Positions 39,325 through 49,815 of a stretch of 57,963 nucleotides of DNA are shown in pieces. A model generated the notes under the pieces. The model worked only from the letters and a program-made list of their open reading frames with translations. It was not told where the DNA came from and searched no databases. The stretch spans positions 62,001 through 119,963 of the forward strand of contig JAVECO010000060.1 in NCBI GenBank assembly GCA_051942205.1, given 5' to 3'. Origin of the DNA: Coniocarpon cinnabarinum (taxonomy: Eukaryota). Both the position numbers and the translations under genes were made by a program. Position 1 is the stretch's first letter. Each line of letters begins with the position of its first letter.

Positions 39325-41308
39325 ATGGCCACTCCAGTACCCACAGCGCTGGGCACCCGCCCTGTTTCGCCCATCGGAGCTATGGTTGGCACTTTGAGGG
39401 AATACACCTTCGCGGGCCCGGCGTCTCTCCTCGTCAACGCGGTCTCCCGGATTTCGCAGTGGAAGGGCAGCAAGGCTACCAATATCGACCGCCATCAGTG
39501 TCGTAGAGTCGTGCCTATGAAAGTTTTGATCCTCGGTCTGAGTCGGACAGGAACCAGCTGTAAGTTTAAGCCTTACGAAGACTGGGATGTCGAAAAAGAA
39601 GAGGAAGGCCAAACGATACGTGGTTCTCCCCATATTGGGGTTCGCAGTCTAACACAATGGCGTCTGATAGCTATACGCGAGGCGCTGAGAGCATTGGGGT
39701 ATTCGGAAATCTACCATGCAAGTGCCATCTACTTCGAGAACCCTCGAGATGTGGATATGTGGCTGGAGGCGTTCGAAGGCAAGTTCGATGGCACAAGAGG
39801 TAAATTCCAAAGAGAAGTAAGTCTCCAACCGATCCTCGTGTGCATGTCGCATGTAGAGAGCACAGAACGTACGCTGGACCAAGTCCGGAGATGTGAGCCA
39901 CCGGATATGCTGGAGGAAGGAATCCCGTTCCGCGACGTTGGAGATGAGCAGATACCAAGCTCCTGGAGAAGAACTCCTCTTCAACAGCACCCTCGCGAGT
40001 CTCCGCAGCCTATTGAAGACGACCTATGAGCCAACACAGCTCTTTGATGCATCTGAAAGGCAATAATTGCAGCTTCCATCTTCTCTGGCAGCTTAAAGAC
40101 AGCACACAGCGTCGCTACTGTCTGAGAAGAAATGGCACTGTGTCTCGCAAGTCTATCTAACGCATTACATTCATGAAATTCTCAAGCGACTCTAAAGCGC
40201 GGACAGCAAACAGCGCATACCGCGCAGAAAACTACACCAGCATAAATCTCCAGAGGCCATCGACCGCAAAATGTCTAAAATAGACCACCAGCTCCGGGCT
40301 CTTCCATAGCAAATCTATCAGCCAGCTCAACGAGCTCCACTTACTTCATTCCCAGCATCTTTGTGCCGCCCCCAGTTCAGAAGCCTTAACTAACATCACC
40401 CTAACAGGACTGGGACCGTCTCCTTGGCCACTGCATGGCCATCTCCGATGTCCCCTGCGTCCCCCACTTCGACGAAGATCTCCTGACCGCCTATCCCGAA
40501 GCCAAAGTGGTTTTGTCAGTCCGCGACTCGCCCGAGCAATGGTGGAAGAGCGTGTCGAGCACGTTGGTTCCGTTTGCCGAGTTCCAGGAGAGGCAGTATA
40601 CGTGGGCGGATGCGGTGTGGCGCTTCTTCATGCCTCGGCTGCGCTTTGATGAGTAGTGAGTATCTATCCCTCTCCTTTTTCGACCTTTTGAAAGGGAGAA
40701 AGAAAAGAAAAAAGGAGAAAGAGAGGTTTTGTGAGGGATGTGAGGGCTAATATGAAGATGCGTAGTCATCAGCGTTTGTTGCAGCAGTCGACGATTCAGG
40801 ATGTGCTGAATGAGGGCGTGGCGCAGTACAAAGATCACAACGAGCGGATTAAGAAATTGTGTAAAGAGCAGGGACGACCGTGTCTGGAGTTCAATGTGAG
40901 TTTGCATTCCACTGAAGCAGCGAGTGTCATCCGTGTCCTCGACCTCAATGCGAGCCACGAATGCGAAGCCCACGTGACTCGTCTACCCTACTCGCTATGA
41001 CCATCCACACTGCGCTCATCTGACTTTTGTCATACTGACCGATCTCTCTACAGGTGAAGCAAGGCTACCAACCCCTATGCGACTACCTCAACGAACCCAT
41101 ACCAGTCGACCCCACGACGGGCAAGACCGCCTCCTTTCCCCGTCGCAACGATAGCAGCACATTCCAAAAGATGGACCATGATTTACGCGGCTTCATGCGC
41201 CTCCTTGTCGCCATCAACGTCGTCTGCAGCGCCATCGGTATCGCGGCCTTGGCATTCGGCCTCGACTATGCAAGACGCAGGGGTGGCATCATGCTTCCTG
41301 GCTGGTGA
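39325..41308 (+). CDS. P-loop sulfotransferase-fold protein (Sulfotransfer_4-like) with C-terminal membrane anchor
   Basis: MKVLILGLSRTGTSSIREAL..LGY..IYH, DWDRLLG, DVP, YPEAKVVLSVRD..EQWWKS, LEFNVKQGY..LC.YL..P, FPRRND. Introns 39560..39670, 39817..40407, 40656..40765 and 40896..41053 restore one frame. Confidence 0.85.
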
Positions 41309-41908
41309 GAGAAGGGGGACCAGAGGAGCAGTCAGCGCCGTTGTGTACGAATACAGGGTTGATGGTGAAGGGATGAAGTCGAGACAGAGACGGCGATCGA
41401 TGTGTAAGATTTCTCCCTAGCAGGGATGTGGCGCGGAGAGCGTTTCCATTTAGAGTTGAGATGGCGCTGGGTCTGTTTCAACGGGACAGGGATGCGAGAA
41501 GTTCTTTCGCTTTCGGGTCCAGGGTTTCAAGGTGTTTCAGGTGCAAAACATCTGACGTTGCCGCAGTTTTCTTCTGTACCGGGGTGGATTGCGTGATGTG
41601 ACTGGGTTCGTTTCAGGTGACGATCATGGATGCCGAGGTGTCTTTGAGGTGAATTGCGCGATCGCCCTAGCATCCCTTGTCTTGCGGTTTGGACCCAGTC
41701 TTTCCCCGGACGCCGAGATCAGGGAAGCACCATGATATCACCGTATAACGATGTCTGAGAGATCCTAATCTTGTGGCCTGAGCGCGCGTCGAACCCCTGT
41801 GTCGCCAGAGATTCTCAACATCCCGCGGTCTGACCACATTAGGGCGTTAATTCGCACTTCGCACTCCGCAACACTTGAAGATGACCAAGATTAATTCGCC
41901 ACCATTAT

Positions 41909-43011
41909 TCAGTATCCCTCCTCTTCGTCAATCTCCTCCAGATTCCCGTCTTCATCCGCATCATCATCGTCCTCCGCCGCCCTCATTGTCCTCTCGATCA
42001 ACTTCACCGTCCCTCGCAGAGGCAATCCCACCACATTGTTGTAATCTCCGTTCACCTTCTGCACCAGGAGACTGCCCATGCCCTGAATGCCATAACCTCC
42101 CGCTTTATCCACGCCTTCGCGCGTCCGCACATACGCCAGGATCATCTCGTCCGTGACCTCCGGATCGAACTTGACGCCTGTCTCTTCCACCAGCGTCTCC
42201 ATCGCGTAGCCTGGATCCCGCGCCGATGCCAGAGGCGCCAGACATGCTACAGCTGTAAAGACGCGATGCCAGCCCAATTGCTCTTCATCCATCTTTCTGG
42301 CCTTTGGGATTTCTTTCCGTGATCCGGCTGTGCCACCCGCGATGGCGCCCTCGCCGCGGACACCGCTGCCGAGCCCTTCCATGCCTTGAATGATGCCCCC
42401 ACCGCCGGCAATGCCGTTCGTCTGCTGTCCTGCATCGCGCAGGCTCTTGAGCATCTCGACGTGCTCACGCTCACTTCGCGGCTTTTCGAGGACGCGTCCG
42501 TCATATCCCACGACTACGGTGTCGGCTGCTATGACGAGCTCCGGGTCGCCTTTCGGAGAATTGAGCTGGGCGCGGTAGACACTGAGGCATTTTGCGGAGG
42601 CAGTTTGGAGGACGTATTCGAAAGGCGTGAGACTTTTGGAGAGGTCTTCGGGGTGGTTCGAGGGTATTGCCTCGACGCTGGCGAGGCCGATCTGTCCACA
42701 AACAGAGTCAGCTTCATACAGCTTTTATCATTACACTACTAGCATCGTAGATATGGAAATAATCCGAAGTGTATGAGTTGAGTGAACGAACGCACCTGGG
42801 CTAGCAGCTGTCTTCTTCTTGGGCTTTGACTGGCGAGAATTGTGCGTCGTGTTCTCGCGGCATTGAGAGCTGGGAGATCTAACGGGAATGGTTGGCGTGG
42901 TGCGCCTTTTTGTGGTGGTCGTGACTTCTCGGGTGGTGCTTGGCTTGTGCTGGCGTCATATGCGGGTGGCGGGTCAGAGGGAGAGGTGTCAAGGAGAGTC
43001 TTTTCGCTCAT
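41909..43011 (-). CDS. Maf-like nucleoside triphosphate pyrophosphatase
   Basis: ILASQSPRRRQLL, VIAADTVV, LEKP, DKAGGYGIQG, GDYNNVVGLPL. Intron 42692..42795. Confidence 0.9.
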
Positions 43012-43442
43012 CCTGAAGACTGCAGAGAGATCTATGAGTGCCTGAGTGTCTATCGATGAGTGGTATTTCTGAGTGTTTACTGTAATGTTCTTTGAAATTA
43101 TATCAGACAATGGATTGATGTCGAGAGTCGAATGACGTCACCCTCCCTGCTGAATTTACATCGTTTGAGAGCCAGTTTCTCACCATACAAAACTCGGGTC
43201 GTGAAATTGCAAGTAGAGTGTTGTGTGTCCAATCATCTTGTAATGGGGCAAATGGAACGCAGTGGCAAGCACCAAGGAGGAAGACACGATCGGTGAATGG
43301 CTGGTAGCAGCAGTAAAACAACAGGATCATCTCCGAAGCATCGACAGACAGTTGACTACTCTAGCCGGAATTGCTCAAGACGCCTGAATCAACACGAGAG
43401 CCAAAGACTGTCATCCATCGCTGATGACGGAAAAAGCTACTT

Positions 43443-45322
43443 TCACTGTGCTTGCTCTGCTTCTGCATCCTGTGATGAACGGCGCCGAACAGATAGCATC
43501 ACATCTTCCCCATTCGCAGGCCCCATGATACCCAGCGAGAGCTTCTTAGTTTCTACGGCTGGTAGGTCGCGGCCTTCGTGACATCTCAAGTCGTACTTTC
43601 CTATGACCCGAGAAACAAACGTCAAGATCTCTGACTGAGAGATGAATCTTCCCGGACAGAGCCCAACTCCTCCTCCAAATGGCCGGTAGCTTTGACTGCG
43701 GGTAAGTGCTCTCCTTTTACTTCCTAGGAATCTGTTCCATTGAAACGTGTCGGCATTGAGGCCAAATACGTCTTTGTCCATAAACATCTCACGATAGGGG
43801 ATCACCACTTTCGTGCCGGCAGCAATGTCATACCCCACGAAGTTTGTGGCGCGTGAGCTGTGCCGAATTGAGCCCGAAAAACTAGTCAATCGCATCACCT
43901 CATGATAGACGCTGAGTAGCTGAGGACACTTCTGCAGTCCGGACGAGAGGTCACTTGGCGAAAGTTGTGTATTTTCGTAAGCAGCTAGTGTTGGATCTAT
44001 TTCATCCTTGATTTTCTTTTGGAGCTCAACATCGCGCGCAACGTATCCCAGTAGCCAGAAGCACACTTTCCACACATTCGTCGTGGACCTAAGGAGCCAA
44101 CGTTAGCAACAGGTCGCGACAGTTTCATCAGGTGCGATGCATTCCAAGGAATGTCATGGAACCCGAGTTGTTAATTAGTCGCAAGGGCCATTGGATGAAG
44201 ACCTCACCCCCACAAAACCACGAGTCCATATACGGCAATGTCAGCCAGATCGATATCCTCATTACGCATATCTGCCTCCATCTTCTTCACCAAGCACGAT
44301 GCATCAGCCCGCTCTTGTTGAGGTAGTTCGAAATATCGCTTCAATGCTGCCTTGACTTCCCCAATCTTCCTGAACACCTTATTGGACCACGGCCGGGGAA
44401 TCTCAAAAACGAGCATCCAGCTTTTGTCGTCAAAGTCGAACAAGGAGTTCAGGAGATTTGGTTCGAGATTCCATAACGCCTCTCCGAACAAAGCTCTTGA
44501 GACTCCAAAACCGAATGAGCGGCGAGTCCATGCCGTTAAGGACACCACGCGGTCATTGTCGCCATTCGTGAGTCTATCAATACAATGCATGCTGTTCCAG
44601 TCTATGTATTCCAAATTCGCACGCATGACTTTGTTCGGTAAATCATCCTCAGAAGAGCCAGGAGCCAGTTCCTTCCTGAGCATTGTCAGCAGACGCAAGG
44701 CGAGAGCCTCTTGACTTTCCTGTTGAGGCTTGACATCAGAAAGATTGTGCAGAGCCGCTGAGTGAGGCGTGTCCCATAGTTTCGCAGTCGACACCTTTGA
44801 AACTCCCATAGCCGATATGAGGCTTTTGAGAAATTCGTAGTGCTTGAACGTCGCGGCATCTCGGTGTAGTTGCGCTGCGTCGCTTGCTGAAGTGATAAAC
44901 AAGGCTTTCACTCCGCTTGAATTGAAAAAGAAGGGTCTACGAGAGTTGCCAAAGTACATCCTAATGCAAGCAAGCCAGTCAGTCGATCTACTTGGCCGGA
45001 TACCCGCATGATCACTGCTCATGCTTACCTGCCGTTCGTGATAGTGGAGCCGTAATCGGTCAAGAAAGCAATAGTATGCCCTAAGTTCATGAAAAGTTAA
45101 AAAGAGCAACTAGATAGCCTGTGCAGTGGGCTTGTTCTACCAATGACTTATAAAATCAGCCTCAAAATTCTATGAACATTTGGTGGCATCAGCAATCTTA
45201 CAAGGGATCCAATATGGAACTTCGCGAGGCTCCTTGCTCATAAATGCAGGTCGTATGGTAAAGCGAATCAGTCTCCATAACACGTAATAGAAGCTGACGG
45301 CGACGATGAACGTCGTTAACAT
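43443..45322 (-). CDS. Cytochrome P450, CYP7/CYP8 (prostacyclin synthase)-like fungal group
   Basis: N-terminal TM segment, EPREVPYWIP|FI|GH via a 6-nt microexon 45141..45146, I-helix LWGSTTN, K-helix EVMR, heme motif PFGGGVGLCPGR. Introns 45147..45201, 45081..45140, 44961..45028 and 44089..44207. Confidence 0.88.
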
Positions 45323-46514
45323 TGGGTGTTCCAGGCAAAGCTGTCCGTTTGCCACTTGAATAGCATTTTTATTGGTGTATGACTGCATACTTGCTGTTTG
45401 AACAGTGTTGCTACAGTCTGTCGCCGTGCCACTGACGCTCACAAGCAGAACTCCACCTTGCTGCGTGCTGTTCGCAACTTCGTTCAGCACCGAGGTAAGT
45501 GGGAGAAGAGATTGTTGAGCCTGCATAGCGAACGCCTTCTTATGTCGATAAGGCTTTTGAAGAGGGATTAGTCTGGGGATCGGCATGTTTCCTATCATGC
45601 GGTCCTTTCACACTAGCAATTTCTTCAAGCTCTGCTGAAAACCTACGACGTTTCAAGCCCTCGGCGTTTGCATGAGTCTTACGTGCTGCTACTCCGGGAA
45701 CAGACTATGAGATTGTTTGTCAGGGGCGCTGTGCCTCGCACACTCACCTGATGCATTTCTAAGGCGGCGAAAGCTTTCGATCGTTGTCTCTGCCTCGCAA
45801 TTTCTCTACTGGGCCTCAGAAATGGCTACCAATGTGGTCCACCATCTGCTGTGGAGACCGCGGAGACATAGCGAAAGATGAGATGCAGACAAGGCAAAGG
45901 GCTGAACAGCAGGAACGCATTGCCGTGGTCTGCCTCCAGCCGTGTGTGTAGATCCACTGTGGCGGCTGAACGTCGCTTGAGAAAGTTTTCATCATTCGTC
46001 AGTGATGCAGTGACTGCAGGGTTATGGAGGGATATGTTTTAAACTTGCGAGGATTCTAGGCGCGTTGGAATCTTCTGCACACTGTTGCCTCTGATCTTTG
46101 GCAGCTGAGAAAGCATCTCGTGTTCGGAAAGAACAGGGATTTGTAGTGGATCTTTCGCTAATGCGTCGCTTCCCGTGACACGAAAAATTGTCCACTGTAG
46201 GTCGCTGCATGTATGCGGTGCCCTAACGCATGTAAGAGCGCGGGTCCGTACCGACTGTGCAGCGCCAAGCTCGACTACGCCTCTATCACATATCTTCCTT
46301 CGTGTGGCAGGACGTGGGAGGGCTGCTACGCCGCATCAGCAGGAATCAGGCACCTCAGATAGGCTTTTTGAAAGTCAACGTGTAGTGAACGCGAAGAAGC
46401 CTCGTGTCGTGAGAAGAGTAGGGGAAGTTGCAATGTGTCCCTAGACGAATCTGAGGACTTCCACCAGTAGACGGCACAACAGACAGCACAAGACTTGGCT
46501 TGTGACTGCCTTCG

Positions 46515-46548
46515 TGCGGCGTTGCGGCGTTGCGGCGTTGCGGCGTTA
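46515..46548. repeat. 8-bp tandem repeat (TGCGGCGT) x4
   Basis: Read directly: gtgcggcgttgcggcgttgcggcgttgcggcgtt. Confidence 0.85.
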
Positions 46549-47097
46549 TTTCATCCATGAGCCGGCACCAAGTGCGGTCGGTTCCGAGGATAAGGTATCA
46601 GCTTTGCCTGTGCAGTTCTTGGTCGGCAATTTTACCTCATCCGCGTGAGTGCAAAATTCAAAATTCTAAAAGGGACTTGTGTGAAAGTCTGGCAGAGACT
46701 TTCCGTAGGCATGTCCCTCCGTGAGAGATGCAAAGCGCCAAAAGGCTGTGACCGTGCGGTACAAGCCGAAGGCTTGCACTTTCCTGTGAGGTCCATTTTC
46801 TCGTTGCTCCACAGCCTTGTCTAGCACATGAGTCGGATGCATAAGAATCCAAGAAGCTGAGCCTTAAGTTTGACATAATTACAAACGGCGAATGGGAGGC
46901 TTTGAGATACGTATATGCCTAGTTTTAATTCATGCTAGAGAGCACATCTTCGCTACGACTAAGAGGGTAGATGTTTTGCGCACCAAGTCTAGAACTGCTA
47001 CCGGTAGCATGCTTTGTGCGATGCGTGAAGTCTCCGAGATATCGAGAAAAGCAACTTCCGCAAGCTAGATGCTGAACGCGTCTCCGGTCTGTAAGGC

Positions 47098-48924
47098 TCA
47101 TGCATCGAGTTGATTGAGTTTGAAGAGGACCTTCTGCTCCGGTTTACTTGCTGTGCGGGAATTTATGTTGGGTAGCGGCACACTGTCGAGACTGACTCCC
47201 TTTGAATCGCACATTTCGTAGCTAAAATTAGCAAGGAAGTACGCGACGACCAACGTGATTTCCAATTTTGCGAACTGCAAGAGTCAGCAGAGTCCTGAAC
47301 AAGCAAGTTGGAGCAAAACGCCTGCCGTGCCCTCATCCCCAGACAAAGGTGCCGACCCGCGCCCCATCCAACGTATGCGTCCGGCGCCTTCTTATCTTCT
47401 GCACGGTCTTGAGAATACCGGTCTGGGTCAAATACGTCCGGGTCGTTGTAGATCTCTGGATTCCTATGGGCTTCGTTGGTGTGATAACTGACAAACGTAT
47501 GTGACGGCACAACTTCAGCTGAGTTACCAATAGGGAGAGGTGTTGTGGAAGCGTTCCATCTGAAGAACGATCCAATCAAAGTCATTCGTATGGTTTCCCG
47601 GAGACAGACATCAATACAGGGAAACTCTATTTCCCAGGCGTGCAGGGGAACGTTCGAAAGTTGCTGCTCTACTGAGAGATATTTGCGCGCATCGCCCTGA
47701 TTGTACTTTGCTGCTACTGAATGCAATTCAATTCGAACCTTAGTCATCCAATCAGCGTTCTTTGAAAGAAAGCAGAGAAGATAGCCAACGCTGACGACGG
47801 AATTCATCTTCCCTGCGTATATGCGGCTTATTGTGAACATTGCAATCTTTTCGTTGCCTGCGTTTTCATCTAGAAGCAATTCCAATGTGTCTCTTTTCCG
47901 CACTGGCGTTTTGCGCTTCGTGTCAATAGCAGCTTTCAACATTAAGTATAGTCTCAAGCCGCTGATGCCAATCCATAACTGAAAAGGGTTGGGAAACCAA
48001 GTAGGAAGAATGATAGTGGTCGGAGTCGAACTGTTCTCTATGGTTTCGTAGAGATACAACATTTTCGATCTTCGTTTACTGTCATCTGCTATTTCGTCGC
48101 AACAGAGCAGCCGCACGGTGAGCTGGAATACAAGCCGATATAGGCTATCAAAAGGATCCGTGAAGGTGAGAGAACTGTCTTTGATCGTCTGTATTGCTGC
48201 AGCAATGTCGCAATGCAAACTTGGAAGGCCTGCAGTTTCTTTCAGCTGCTATGAGGAACCTAATGCTGGATGAATCAACATACGTTGTTCCAGACTCTCT
48301 GACCGGAGCAACCTGGAAAATGTTGCAGCCATCCAACTATCGTAATTGCCCCCGGATTTCTCTGACGCACTAGCTGCATCTTTCTCTGCAGCAACAACCT
48401 CATCGGCATCTTTGGTCGCCTGTGGCACATTACCTAATAAAATAGCGTAACTGCCGTTTGCATCAGCGTCTGGCACAATGGTCTCTCCACTTTCAGAATG
48501 GATTACCAACCCTTCACGCAGTCGTAAATGACGGTTGTGAAAGAAAAGCTGTCGACCAATGCGACCTGTCAAACCAACCACTGGATCTACGAAAAGTAAG
48601 TGAGCGGCTTTTAGCTGCGTGTGAATGGAGCTTCTGGGGATATTTTGAGCTTACGAGTCCCCAGATAGAAGCTGAAGCAGCTCGAGGGGCTGTTTGAGCC
48701 ATACTGTCTATAGAAGTCCCACTGGTTCCAAAAAAGGCCAACGCCCCTACAACCGGCCAATTATGGCTGGCTATAGCCGGTGCATTAGGCGGAAGGCGGC
48801 GACGGAAGATGTTCGGGGCAAAAAGCACCAAAGTTGAGAGTCCAAGTACAATCCCAGTCTTTGTCACATTGGATTCTGGAACGCATTCATAGATTGCGGT
48901 CACAAGCCAGCCCACGGCGACCAT
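47098..48924 (-). pseudogene. Cytochrome P450 (resembling the CYP51 fold group) with a 1-nt frameshift: pseudogene or homopolymer sequencing error
   Basis: ETIR, FDPDRY, GWGAGRHLCLGMR|FAKLE. After WPVVGALAFF the P450-like text (WDFYRQY...FSFYLG|HPVVGLTG) continues only if one T is added to the T6 run (+ strand A6, 48730..48735). The last intron (47275..47330) needs a GC donor. Confidence 0.7.
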
Positions 48925-49815
48925 TGTTAGCAATCCTTGATCGATGGAAATTCGTCTAAAGCCAGCGAAATTGCTCCCTCCAGGACGTACCGATCGTTCT
49001 TGAACAAAAAGACAGCACGATAGTCGTTGAGCCGTTTGTTACAAGGATTCCAACCCTATGTAACCGACGACAGCATAGTCCGGCAGCACATGGATCTTTT
49101 GGCTTGCGGAGATGCGCATCCTGCAGGCGCCGCAATCAGGCATGCGCACCGGTCCACTACATGGTCTTGACGCTCTGCGAACCACCATGGTGGCAGGCTA
49201 CCAGCGCCGCCTTCACACAGATGAATGCCCGCAGTCAGGCAAGTTAGCGTGTGCTGTTGCTACGCCTCATGCACGGTCGAGTGACGTTCCAGCCTCCTGG
49301 TGACGAATGGCAGAGCACAGAATCGTTGCCTGCCTCCTTAATTAATGTTTTCCCGTGACGTGCACGTGCCTTCGAAAAGTTCGAGCGTCTTGGCGCCTTA
49401 TCCACCTACATACGCCGCACTACGCCTCATGGCAAAGCCCTTGAACATCTTCGTCGATTCCTCACAGTGGATTGTCGCTGACGGTCTGATAATCCAGATC
49501 AGCAAGGATCAGCAGTGTAATGCACAGCCACCACATCAAGACGCAAAGTTGCGAGTCAAGCTGTAACTGGTCGGTCGATCGATCTTGATGCGTGCAATTC
49601 ATGTAGGCATACATTACCGTCCGCACAAGCAAAGGCAACGATAGGCTGGTTGCGACTCGCGGTTCTTGCTGTTTTTCTTGGTACTCGCGACGTCTTAGTC
49701 TAGTCCTCGAATGCTTGCAACTATTTCATCCATGATCTCATAGTAAAGGCAATAGCTCGAGATTCTTTTTTTTTCTTACTTACTTGCTCCCGTCAATCAA
49801 GTCCGTTCTCAGAAG

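Noticed and set aside
45400..47090. Additional gene between the two P450s
   Set aside because: Only short ORFs without recognisable motifs or consistent splice signals.
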